Shown here piece by piece: positions 38,195 to 49,256 of a DNA stretch of 64,000 nucleotides (its first letter is position 1; each line of letters opens with the position of its first letter). Where the stretch lies: contig CM060731.1 in assembly GCA_030704615.1 (NCBI GenBank), forward strand, positions 94,612,001-94,676,000, written 5' to 3'. A program made the position numbers and the translations under genes. The notes beneath the pieces were generated by a model. It saw only the letters and a program-made list of their open reading frames with translations, was not told where the DNA came from and ran no database searches. The DNA is from Takakia lepidozioides. Its lineage: Eukaryota; Plantae; Bryophyta.

Positions 38195-38920
38195 TGTCGC
38201 GCACCTCACTTCGGTAAGCTCCCCCTCAAGTCATAGTTACTCGCTTGATGCGCGCGCCTAACTCCCAACCTGGCCGCCAGACCAACTTGGAGCTTCGGCT
38301 GCTCACCGGGGCATAACGGTCCCCCCCTTTGATCTCCCAAAGAACCCTCCAACGATTTGGAACCAGTGGAATTCCCTTTGGTAGTTGGCAGTCCGGAACA
38401 GCTCCCCACTCTTTGGTCGCTTTCCGGCTCGCTCGCTTACTCACTAGTTTTTGGTTACCAACGGGCTTGCACCGTTCTCGGGGTTACTACTCCCTATATA
38501 TACTTCTGTAGCTGTCCGCGGGGGTTTCACAAACAACCATGCCATTTTATGGCGAACCACCACGAACACCCTCGACTCTCGGTGATGAGTCGCGGTGAGT
38601 CTTGGCCCACCCACCACGGCCCCTATGGACCGTGATGAGTCCCAAGACTCCCCACGACTCCCACCACAAGGTCTCCGCCCCAGGGTGAGTCCTATGCCAC
38701 CCCCACTAAGTCCCGCTAAGCTACCACCACCCCTTGTGGAGCCACCCCCACCGCAACCCGGTGTGCGGGGCTCCACCTAGTGAGCGCCTCCGCCTCCTTG
38801 AGTGCTTTGGGCACTCAAGGGTGCTTCAGGCCCCCATACCTATCGCTGCCACTGCCCCCACCATAGGGGCAGCCCCTCTTGTGTCCCGACCCCCTGCCCT
38901 CAAGGCAAAGGGCCGCGACA
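38195..38920 (-). repeat. 5' LTR (726 bp)
   Basis: TGTCGCG...CGCGACA termini; homologous to 1336-2063. Confidence 0.95.
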
Positions 38921-39429
38921 ACCTAAGCTTGCAAAGTGTCCTCCTCATCGCCGTCACTTTCAGACGTGGACATAGCGATAAACTTGACAATTCTTGTATT
39001 GGGCCTCCCTCAATTGTATTCTCTCATTTCTTGCAGCCAGTAATTGCTCTACCCGATTAGGCCTCACCGCCCTCCTAATGGATCTCTAGCAGCCGTGTTT
39101 GCATACAATGGGAGAAGAAATAAGAATGGGAGGAGGAGACCGAAGTTGAGGAGGCTCAAGTACGGGAGAAGCCGCTTCCCCCAATGCATGTATTTGAGTG
39201 AGTTGCACCATTGTAAGTGTGTTGGGTTCAATTATAGCGACATCCATGTTTGACCATTATAAACCCTAAACGTTTGTTGACATATGGCAATATTTACATA
39301 CTGCCATGTTACAACCTTGCAGACTCGTCCAATGAGGAGATGGTTGATGAAACAAAGACTGAAATACAAATGCCATTCTTTGCCAGAAGGTCCTTTCTTG
39401 CAGTCCTCATCGTCCTCATGCTCCTCCTC

Positions 39430-40130
39430 TGCTGGCAGCTACTGCAGGCCCGCTACATGGGAGTCGTAGAAGGCTGTTTTTCCTTCAAATGCGAAGACAT
39501 GCCGACTAGACTCGCGCCCGGCCCAGTACATTGAAGCACCTATCCATGAGTCTAGTGATCAAGAACAAATATGTCAATAGCAATCGTGAGTAGCCATAGT
39601 AAATCCATGAATATCTATAGAGGACAATGGACTCTAATAATGACACCGCAACTACAAGAATCTCCTACTTGTGTTGGCTGCAATGTCCAACACCCTGCCT
39701 TTCTATGCTTGAACATGTTTCCATCAGCATTTGAATGAAAGTGGGACTTCTTGTCCTCCCATGCCTCCAAGCCCTCCCCCTCATGTCCCATGGAATATTG
39801 CGTGGTGAGACATGGTTGAAGAGAATGTCATACTCTATAGGGTCCACTATGGAGTCAACCATACAACCGTCTCCCCAGAATTCAAAATTCAATTCTTCTT
39901 GGTGAATGTGTCAAATAGAAGAGGCTGCACAAAAACAAGGTCGTTATTTTGACATAAGATTCCCCACAATTAGAATAAGGGCGCCGCAATTTACACTAGA
40001 CAACTCTAGAGCTTACCTTCTGGCCATCGCAGGTTAGATGGTCCATGTTGTTGATGCAAGTCATCTCTTCTTCAAGGTGGGTGCAACATTTTTTTCCGTC
40101 CACACTTTCAAGGCTTCCGCACTCATCTTG
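39430..40130 (-). pseudogene. Decayed paralogue of the MTase-like exons 7-9 of the 15809-21445 gene
   Basis: TCINNMDHLTCDGQK|intron; FEFWGDGCMVD...DILFN...GRAWR...RSPTFIQMLMETCS..RVLDIAANT|intron; ASMYWAGRESSRHVFAFEG. These align by eye with WNCVN...GQL|, FEISDQGCFV...DILYN...GTPWR...KSPAFMQILLESCS..RVVDLSVST| and ATYHACKAGGRSLFGMEG. Confidence 0.8.
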
Positions 40131-40494
40131 TAACATATGTTAGAGAGCAATTTTGATAGGTGACAGAGGATTTTAATGAGACAGTAAAATAGTAGCAGAC
40201 ATTTGCATACCTTCTCGGCCGGGTCCACACAGGCAGTGGTGATATGATGTAGTTTTTCCACATCTCTGGATTGATGGTTTTTGAGTAGTGCTTTGCTATC
40301 TCTGACAATATTGTCTCTTAAAGGCTTGGGTCAGGGATCGCTATAGACCTGACAACTTTGGATCTGTACTTGGTCTGCAACCGTTGCCTGCAAGGACGAT
40401 GACATCCCGGACGGGGGCCTGGGTCTTATTGGGGTCTCACATCCAACAGTGGAACTCATCCAGGCCAGGAATGCTTTCCGTTCCTCGAGATGGG

Positions 40495-43262
40495 CCCGTT
40501 TATCCCTATTACGGCGCCGCAACTCATCAGTGTCGGGTTATCCGCTATGGGGATTGGCATGTTCATCCATAATATGGCGTATTAATTCATCTGTGCCGGG
40601 CTATTCCATTCTACAGATGGGCCCATTCAACTATATTACGACGTCGTATTTCAACAGTGTCGGGTTATCACGTTCTACGGATGGGCCGACTCCTTTTTAT
40701 TACGGGTATGTTCATCCTAATTTAGATGAACGAGTCTATCTTGAAGACGATAAAGAGCGCTTTGGATGATATGCGGTGTCTTTTTGGATGAATTGCGGTG
40801 CCGCAATAGGAATAAACGGTCCCAACCTGACACCGGTCGGCCCCTCCACTGATGAATTACGACACTGCAATATGAATGAACTGACTCAGATGATGGATGA
40901 ACAATGACACTGTTATAGGGATGATAAGTGACATTGCTATTTGATGACAAGTTTTATACATGGAAATGACGTTTTTTCTACGAATTTGCATTTTTGTAAA
41001 ATGCATACTTGGTTGTAAAGACATGAAGTACTCATTTATGTGCCGCTGCAGTCGCTATTGCGGCGCCGAAATTGCGTATGGCAGTCAGTGAATATTGACC
41101 GTTGGGTTTCACGTCGAGGTGTTCGTGCCTTTGTACTTGCAAATTTAGGCTAAGAAATCTAAGTTCGGTAGCATATAATGGCGCCGTAATTGTAATATAT
41201 CCTGGTTTCATTTGGAATTGGGTGACTTATAGACCTGGCCCAGAGTCCTCGAAGGTCCTCATAATGAAATATAGGTACGAGAATTGGCCGATGAGATTGT
41301 CATCCGAAAATTTTCCAACGAATCCTCAGACGGAGGATTAACGTCGCCCTTACTATGACTTGTTCATGATAGACCTTCTGTCTGCGTAGCAGCCATTATA
41401 TCAGACCCATCCAATTGGATTCAATGTCATCATTTCTTCTACATACGGGCCGATTGCGTTGTCATTATTGGAATGTGTGTGTTCTGTGACAGGGTGACAG
41501 AGAAGCGTAAAAACGCACATGACACATATGTTGTGCTGTATAGAGTGCAAGAAGTGGGACTTGCACCTCTGAAGGACTTAAAACAGCCATCAATCTGGAG
41601 TTGTTAAGGAAGTCAGAGGTGAAAGCAGGCCGCACCTAGTCCGCCGGCTTATCTTGGACACCATGGTCGAATACATCTATTTGGTGAGATTCAGCCCTAA
41701 CTTTTGCTCACGGGTATGTTCATCCGAATTTCGGCGTCGAAAATTATCCGTGGGTCAAAATATCTTTCTGCTCACGGGTATGTGCATCCCTATTTCGGCG
41801 CCAAAATTCATCCATGGGTTTAAATTCATTTTGATTACGGGTACGTTCATCCCTATTATGGCGCCGAAATTCATCCGTAGGTCGAAATAACTTTTTGCTC
41901 ACTGGTACGTTCTTCCCTATTTCGGCGCCGAAATTCATTTGTGGTCCGAAATAATTTTTTGCTCACGGGTATGTTCATCACTATTTCGGCGCCGAAATTC
42001 ATCCATGACCATTATTTATTTATTTATTTATTTTGCCCCCTCCCAACTGCGGTTCCTCAGGATTGGCCTATTTCGGCGCCGAAATTCATCCATGACCGTT
42101 TTTTGTTTTTTTTGTTTTTTTTTGTTTTTTTAAATAATTTTTTAAATAAAATTATTATTTTTAAATAATTTATTTATTTATTTATTTATAATTATTATCG
42201 GCGTCGGTTCCTCAGGATTGGCCTATTTCGGCGCCGAAATTCATCCATGAATGAGGTTGTGTGTGTGTGTATGGGTTTTTTTTCGACGTAATGGGCCCAA
42301 TCGTCCCTATTACGGCGCCGCAATCCAATGGTTCTGTCCCCTTGTCGTCCGCATTCTTGTCTGTTCAACCCTTTTGCGATATCGTGATTCATCCATTTGC
42401 TCACGGGTACGTTCATCCCTATTTCGGCGCCGCAATTCATCCGTGGGTTTAAATTCCTTCTTGATATAGGGTATGTTCATCCCTATTTCGGCGCCGAAAT
42501 TCATCCTTAGGTCAAAATAACTTTTTGCTCACATTTATGTTCATCCATATTTCGGCGCCGAAAATCATCCGTGGGTCGAAATAACCTTTTACTCACGCGT
42601 ATCTTCATCCCTATTTCGGCGTCGAAATTCATCCATGGGTTTAAATTCATTTTTGTTCACGGGTTCATTCATCCCTATTTCGGCGCCGAAATTCATCCGT
42701 GGGCTGAAATTCTTTTTTGCTCACGCGTATGTTCATCCTTATTTTGGCGCCGAAATTTATTCGTGGGCTGAAATTTCTTCTTGCTCACGGGTATGTTCAT
42801 CCCTATTTCGGCACCGAAATTCATCCGTCGCCGGGATAAGGTGTTCGAAATTAGCTACGTTCAAAAGTGTGTTAATCGAGGAATTCATCTAGATGATGTC
42901 ATTCTCAATTGATTGTCATCTCGTTCACCCCTATTACGACGCCGTCATAGCGGTGTAATATCCTTTTCTCGTCCGATTTTGTGCCTGTTCATTCCTATTG
43001 CGGCGTCGTAATTCATCCATCCCGAGGGTTTCGAACTGTCATATTAGGACTGTTCATCCCTATTACGACGCCTTAAATTCCTCCAGATCATGCCATTCTC
43101 ATTTGATTGTCATCCCGTTCATCCCTATTACGGCGTCGTAATAGGGGGGTGACATCATTTTCTTGTCCGCTTTTGTGCCTGTTCATCCCTTTTGCGACGT
43201 CCTAATTCATCCATCCCGAGGGTTTCAAATTGTCATGTCGGGACTGTTCATCTCTATTACGG
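40495..43262. repeat. Array of 16-bp palindromes ATTTCGGCGCCGAAAT within GTTCATCCCT...TCATCC units, ~63-bp period in 41700-42830
   Basis: About 15 near-exact cores in 41725-42830, with degenerate copies out to 40495 and 43262. Confidence 0.93.
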
Positions 43263-43269
43263 CACAAGG

Positions 43270-43810
43270 AAGAAGCTGGGCGAGGGGGATATAAAGGAAC
43301 TTCTAGAAGCTGGGAAATGGACTGCAACATTGCGAGAAGCTATAAGATCGACACCCTTACACCATCGGGGGGACTGTCTTGAGGGTGATGTCCACAATCG
43401 GCCGGTAAAGAGAATAATTGACAACCTCCCAGGAGGCGACGGGGATTCATGGAGATCAGATATGGACATCCAGACTCAACCTCGGGGCCCAACGATGTTG
43501 CTTAGGATGCCAGGTCCAAGCAGGACTCCCACTCCCTCTCCGTCACAGTCAGTGGAATCACTGCCAGACAGTGCACTGCGTCGCGAGGACGAGCCTGAGT
43601 TGCATTTCAGATCGTTACCCAATACGGCACGCCAGTCGTGGAGAGAGAGGTCTATGTAAACACCTGTAAACTCTTCCCCTGAAAACACTTGTACTACAAA
43701 TATCTGAAGCGCGTGAAGTGCATTCCTATAGTGGACGACTTCATCCATGCTCCAACACTGAGCTTCAACGAGCTCCACAAGGTCCTCAGGCAGAATATAG
43801 GGAGAAGGTT
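43270..43810 (+). pseudogene. Decayed C-terminus of a MULE-SWIM transposase paralogous to 22295-25809
   Basis: KLFP*KHLYYKYLKRVKCIPIVDDFIHAPTLSFNELHKVL versus KFIPCKHLYFIFLRRMVCDPKRDNFIHQATMSFNEVDTLL; RPVK versus WPVK upstream. Confidence 0.78.
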
Positions 43811-44155
43811 CACATTGGACGATCGTAATTCAGAAACTGCAAAGTGTGTTACATCACATATACCCTTTCAATGTTGTTATTGCGGCGTTTTTATTCTGCT
43901 TATTTCACCTTCAATTGGTGTTGCTATCACTACACCACAGCAGATACCTTTTAAACAACTTAGGCCCTCCAGCTGCATCTCTGCAACCTGCTCCCACTCT
44001 GGGTGTGCAGCGAACAGGGTAGCTTCCTGCTCCTCATCCAGTCCTCCCCTCCAGTCATACTCCCTGACCCCTCGAGATCTTCTCGTAGCAGGTAATCTAC
44101 CAGATTTCGTAGTGGTAATTTGTATCTTGTGCATCCCATTATGCACAGTTAGTAA

Positions 44156-46996
44156 CTAGGAATTCCAGTCATGGAATACCCTGGCCTGTTTCAGCCACGG
44201 ACGTCCCAATAATAAGGAGTAAGCCTCCATGACTTCATCCATTTTCAACACAGTTACTGTGATCATAAAGATCATATTTTGAATCTGTATCTTAACTCCT
44301 CTTATCAATCCCAATGGCTGTACACTTCTTTGATCTGCCATTGTTACTGTAAATGGGGCCGGTTTCATGTTACTTAGACCAAGCTTCTGCCTTAATTGGT
44401 CTGTCATGATATTCACTCCAGAGCCTCCATCTATCAGTACATCAGTTAGTTCTGTGCTTCCAATTCTCAATTGGATTACTGACATAGAATCATCAAAGTC
44501 CATGACTATTTCTCGCCCTTCCGGCTTCACATTATAATTGGTCACCTTGCTGTTCAGATCTGTGTTTCCTGTCACATGGACAATTCGATTGATTGCTTGA
44601 TACAGCCTATGTCTACAATAAGGTGCCACAGCCAATAACTGTCCAATGGTAATCTCCGCTTTGGACTGGCATATTACTTCAGCCAAAGTCCCTTCATTAC
44701 TCTGCATGTCTGCAGCTTCTTTCTTCCCTTCATCCTCACTCACTTCCTCTTCTCTTTCAGAATCAGAGGAATCTGCCATAGGAATATCAGTACTCTTCTG
44801 CATTTCCCTTATGATATCTGCCACTTCCTTGTGCAGTTCCTTCTCATCTCTCCAAGCCTCATCATCTTCAGGCACATCACTGCCATCTCCATTATCATCA
44901 CCTTCCTCATCTACTGGAGGTATTATTTTGGCTTTGCTTCTCGTTACTATCATTGTACTTACTTCTGGTACAACACATGGCCTAACCATGTGAGCTGCCA
45001 CCACTAGCCCCTCATTCACAGGAGCTCTCATCTCATTCTGGTGTCTGATCCAGAATGGACAGGCTGCCTTGCGATGTCCTGCCTGATTACAATAGTAACA
45101 CAGTTCTTCCCCATTAGGTCCTCGCCCTTGGTCTGCTCTAGGATTATTTCTGTAATCCTGATTCCCTGGCTGGTAATTCCTCCTTGGATTACCCTGATAG
45201 TTGCCCTTGGAATTTCCTTGGTAATTCCCTCTTGGATTACCTCTCCCTTCCATACCATTGTTATAACCACCGGGCCTACCATAGTGGTCCTGATCACTGT
45301 TTCTTCTTGGCTGGGGCTGCACTTGATGCACCCTTACTTGCCTAGGTTCTCTTGCAGCTGTCCTTCTGTTGTAGTAACAATTCTCAGTAGAATGGTTATC
45401 CATCTTACAGATAGTACAATGTTTCTCCTTCATGTGGCATTCAGTGGTGGTATGGCCTTCATTCTGGCACTTTGCACACCAAACACCCTTCCTCCAATGT
45501 CTTGCAGCCTCTGTGGCATACTTCTTCAAGATTTCTTCTAATCTTTTCTCATAGTTATCCCTCTTCAACTTCTCCTTTCTCTTACTCTTTCTTTTCAGCT
45601 CTTGCTCTTCTTCCTCATCCGACTCATCCTCAGAGTCCTTATTATCCCTTTTCTCTCTCCTGAGCATTCCCAATTGCTCAATTCTGTTCGCTGTTTCAAA
45701 TGCCTCCTCCACTGTATTATGGGGTAACATATCCACTTTCTTTTGCAACTCTAGTCTTAGTCCACTCACAAACCAAGTCTTCTGTAAACCTGGTGCTGGT
45801 ACAGCAGCTTGCTTTTTCATCATCAATTCCATTTTTTCCATATACTCCTCAACAGTTTCATGCTTCTTTTGCTTTAACTGTTGTAAACTTGCATACACTT
45901 CATCCTCAGTTTTACTTGTCCTGAACCTATTTCGGAATGCTGTATTCAAGCCATTCCAGGTTAGGAAATGATTATCAGGGAATCTTGCATACCTTTCATT
46001 TGCTTTCTTGATAAGTGAACAAGGAAATAATCTCATCTTGGCATCATCGCCATTCTCATTGTTCACAATACACATGTGCTCAAATTGGCTAATGTGTACA
46101 TCAGGATCCCCTTTTCCTGAATATATTGGGAAAGGTGGTTTTGCCCGTGTTGGTTGTAACGCCATCTGTGGCCGTACCTTCTGCCCACTGACAGATGCTG
46201 GCCCCCTTGCTGGTGCTGGTCCTTGAGGACCTGTTGTAGTTGTGGTGGATCTTCCACCCAGTGGTGGCCCCTGAGCACTCCCTGCTACTGGCCCCACGAT
46301 ATTCACAGTATTCCCAGCTCCAGTTGCACTACTTCCCACACTCCCTGTCCCCCCAGAGCCAGATCCAGGCTGCCCGCCTGATCCCCCTGAGCCGACACCT
46401 TCGTTGGCCTGTGATCCAAGTGCTCCACTTGATCCAGGTCCAACGGGTTGGGATGTCCTGGTTGTAGTCTCAACCTTAGCTGTTGGGTCTACTTCTTCAT
46501 ACTCTTCCTCTTCCAATTTCTTCTCTCTGTTTTCATCCTCCAAGTTCTGCCCTTGGGTTTCTTCTTCACTCATGTAACTCAACTGCAATGGTGTTGGAGA
46601 GTCTGAACTCTCCGTTGGCTCTGCCACATCATCTCCTCCTTCTTCACCTTCCGTTTCAGAAACTGGAGTTCCTGCTTTTGGTGTTCCATGCAAACTCTTA
46701 TCAAAGATTTCTGTCAAATCTTTTATGCAGGGATGTACCTCAGATCTTTCACCTCGCGGTTGATCTTCTTCCCGTACCAATTCCCTTAATCTTTCTTGCA
46801 AAGAAAAAGAAGGAGTGGCATCCAATTCTAGTTCTTCCGGTATGGGTGATGTACTCTCTGATCTTAATGGTGTGAGAGGTCCAGATGATTCCCCTATGTC
46901 TATTCCTCTTTCCCAAAGATATGGATAATTAGTTTTTAGATAACTTTTTTTTTTTGCTGAATATCTCTGGAGTCTAGCTTCTCTTTCATCACTCAT
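44156..46996 (-). CDS. Ty3/gypsy Gag-protease polyprotein (non-chromovirus type); pol missing
   Basis: 946-aa ORF with retrotransposon gag (YSGKGDPDVHISQF...LFPCSL), three CCHC knuckles, protease VLIDGGSGVNIM...LLLGRPWL. Confidence 0.92.
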   Translation of the reverse strand: MSDEREARLQRYSAKKKSYLKTNYPYLWERGIDIGESSGPLTPLRSESTSPIPEELELDATPSFSLQERLRELVREEDQPRGERSEVHPCIKDLTEIFDKSLHGTPKAGTPVSETEGEEGGDDVAEPTESSDSPTPLQLSYMSEEETQGQNLEDENREKKLEEEEYEEVDPTAKVETTTRTSQPVGPGSSGALGSQANEGVGSGGSGGQPGSGSGGTGSVGSSATGAGNTVNIVGPVAGSAQGPPLGGRSTTTTTGPQGPAPARGPASVSGQKVRPQMALQPTRAKPPFPIYSGKGDPDVHISQFEHMCIVNNENGDDAKMRLFPCSLIKKANERYARFPDNHFLTWNGLNTAFRNRFRTSKTEDEVYASLQQLKQKKHETVEEYMEKMELMMKKQAAVPAPGLQKTWFVSGLRLELQKKVDMLPHNTVEEAFETANRIEQLGMLRREKRDNKDSEDESDEEEEQELKRKSKRKEKLKRDNYEKRLEEILKKYATEAARHWRKGVWCAKCQNEGHTTTECHMKEKHCTICKMDNHSTENCYYNRRTAAREPRQVRVHQVQPQPRRNSDQDHYGRPGGYNNGMEGRGNPRGNYQGNSKGNYQGNPRRNYQPGNQDYRNNPRADQGRGPNGEELCYYCNQAGHRKAACPFWIRHQNEMRAPVNEGLVVAAHMVRPCVVPEVSTMIVTRSKAKIIPPVDEEGDDNGDGSDVPEDDEAWRDEKELHKEVADIIREMQKSTDIPMADSSDSEREEEVSEDEGKKEAADMQSNEGTLAEVICQSKAEITIGQLLAVAPYCRHRLYQAINRIVHVTGNTDLNSKVTNYNVKPEGREIVMDFDDSMSVIQLRIGSTELTDVLIDGGSGVNIMTDQLRQKLGLSNMKPAPFTVTMADQRSVQPLGLIRGVKIQIQNMIFMITVTVLKMDEVMEAYSLLLGRPWLKQARVFHDWNS

Positions 46997-47016
46997 GTCC
47001 CATGTCTTTCATTTCT

Positions 47017-47712
47017 TTAATGTGGCAATAACCAAAACTCTCTTCTGTAGTATCTCTCGTATATGCCTGGGTTTCTTTCAAACTTCAATGCACCCTTGGC
47101 TATACTAGAAGTCTCCGTTACCATATAACCATATGGCAAACAAGTCTGGAAAGCTGTTCTTGGTGTGAGTTTGATCCACAGAATATCCTTTGGAATCCAA
47201 TTCTTTACCAATACAAGCTCTTCATGCATATGAGTATAAACATTCACCTTCCTTTCCTCCCAGCCTTCAAACTCTACTCGCTTAATGGATAACAACGCTA
47301 TCACATAAACCAGTGTTGGTAACCAACGTGCTCTTCCTCTACAGGCCACTTGATAAATCTTTATCACCCCTTTCTCCAGACCCCACTCAGGGTCAGCATC
47401 ATGCACTTTCTTAAGAATGTTTTCTTTACAACCGTCTGGCAATTCCAAGAACCTCTGAAAGAATTGTTTGGACAATCTTTCCTTCTCAATTTCACAGGGA
47501 ATTTGATTCACATCAAATTCTTTAATTCTCCATCCACCATGATCCCACCAGATGTCTGTCACATCTGGCTGTTCATGACTTAGTTCCCCAGTATGGTCGC
47601 CAAATGTCGAGCGGCTTTTACTCACCCATCCCTTCGCTATCCGAGGTGGAAACTCCAAGATAGAAGAGTTGGATATCTCTAAGCACTCAGCCCGCTCAGT
47701 ACAATCAGTCAT
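47017..47712 (-). CDS. Extra ORF upstream of gag, unknown function
   Basis: 231-aa open frame on the gag strand that ends 20 nt before the gag start. Confidence 0.5.
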   Translation of the reverse strand: MTDCTERAECLEISNSSILEFPPRIAKGWVSKSRSTFGDHTGELSHEQPDVTDIWWDHGGWRIKEFDVNQIPCEIEKERLSKQFFQRFLELPDGCKENILKKVHDADPEWGLEKGVIKIYQVACRGRARWLPTLVYVIALLSIKRVEFEGWEERKVNVYTHMHEELVLVKNWIPKDILWIKLTPRTAFQTCLPYGYMVTETSSIAKGALKFERNPGIYERYYRREFWLLPH

Positions 47713-48254
47713 GACCTGCAGCTAGTGAATCATGGTTGTGCTTCCCATTTGTATTCCTTCTTGCCTTCATGTTATCAATTTACCTTATCTGATACTGAAG
47801 CATCAAATTGCTTCAGTATCTTCTTAGTTCCAGTTAATCATGCATTCATTTCACAGCTTCACTCATGTCTCTCTACACAGTGTGCTTGTATCGAATAAGT
47901 ATCAGATTACGATTTATCAGGTACTAGGCCAATGTCAAGGTGACTCTAATCCGCCCTACAGTATCACTACAGCTCTGCATGAAATAATCCTCCATCAAGT
48001 CATCATCTCCTCTTCTGTGTAATCATCATCCCTGAGCTCCAAGATCGTGCCCTCCGTCTGACCTTCTCCCCTGATGTCTAAGTAGTGATCCAAGAAGTGA
48101 TCCCCAAAAAGTCCCCGCTCTTGGCTTTATCTACCTACAAGCTGTTCTAACCGCCTTGCTAACTAACCGTCATCCCTGAAGTAACATATTCTCTCTGCAG
48201 ATGTCGTTCCCACACAGTCGTTCCCTGTCCATGTTAACCGTTCCCCCTGTACTG

Positions 48255-48495
48255 TGACAACTGTGCAAAACTGCGTTGGGTTGTGTGAAGCTGTGACGGG
48301 CTGTGACTGGTTGTGTCAGGCTGTGTCGGGCTGTGACTGGCTGTGATTGGTTGTGACGGACTGTGACGGACTGTGACTGGCTGTGACGACTGTGACGGGC
48401 TGTGACGGCTTTGTCGGGCTGTGTCGGCTGTGACTGACTGTGACGGGTTGTGTTGGCTGTGACTGGCTGTGACGGGTTGTGTCGGGCTGTGTAAC
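48255..48495. repeat. ~10-bp minisatellite GCTGTGAC(G/T)G
   Basis: About 20 degenerate tandem copies. Confidence 0.9.
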
Positions 48496-48774
48496 CCCCT
48501 CCTAAAGCGTGCTGCTGTCACCCCTAAGGCTCATGTTGGTCTCAGTCTGTGTAAAAATTAAGGGTACCCCACAGAACCCGTAAAAGTGTCTAAGTCCCAA
48601 ACAGCCCTCTAACATACATTTGCACCGAGACTTATCCCCAAAGTTCTTCAAGAACAAATGCCTATCAAAGGCCTAAGTTTTGCGAAGCTGCATTGCAATT
48701 TATTGTTGACAATGGCTGTAGTCTGAGGATGCCAAGCCCATTTATGCTCTACAATCTACTCCCATAACCAATTT

Positions 48775-48883
48775 TCTGCGACGTTGGGGAATCGCAACGG
48801 AGCGTCGCAGCCCCAGCGACGGCCGGGCACTTCTGCGACGGCGGAGGATTGCAAAAAAAAAAAAACAAAACAAAACAAAAACC

Positions 48884-48918
<35 letters not shown>

Positions 48919-49256
48919 GGGTTTTTGGCACTGTGATTCCCCGCCGTCGCAGGAGCGCCCGGCCGTCGCAAAAGCATCGCTGGGGCTGCGGCACTGCAAC
49001 GCCTCGTTGCGATTCCCCGGCGTCGCAGCCTCCCGGGGGCGTCGCAGCGAATTGGTGCGACGTCAGGGCGTCGCAACCCCCCACTGCGCTGGCGGGGGAA
49101 TGGGGCCAAGCCCCTTTTCAGCGACGGCGTGGCATCACAAGATGCCACAACGTCGTCCGAGCGCCGGCGTTGCGACGCCCTGACATCGCAATTCTCGGGC
49201 CAGGCGCCTACGCGTTCGGGGTCTCGGCGTCGTTAACCCCCCTAAATGTAGTAGTG
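48775..49256. mobile_element. CACTA right terminus with subterminal repeats
   Basis: Ends CCCCCTAAATGTAGTAGTG (reverse complement CACTACTACATTTAGGGGG, similar to the 8357 TIR). Rich in TGCGACG/CGTCGCA motifs. Confidence 0.88.

Larger units (their letters stand above)
35767..38920 (-). mobile_element. 5' half of a Ty3/gypsy element of the same family as 1-2063 (LTR, PBS, gag, protease, partial RT)
   Basis: LTR 38195-38920 with TG..CA, PBS TGGTATCAGAGC, gag with CFNCGEPGHMAKKC, protease LLVDTGAS, RT with YIDDIL. Confidence 0.96.

Noticed and set aside
1336-38920. The two LTRs as ends of a single element
   Set aside because: They are inverted and their outer flanks (GAAAC versus TAGGT) are not a TSD, so they are separate copies.
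41700-42830. CRISPR array (palindromic repeat at ~63-bp period)
   Set aside because: The spacers are diverged copies of each other, there are no cas genes, and the context is a eukaryotic transposon.
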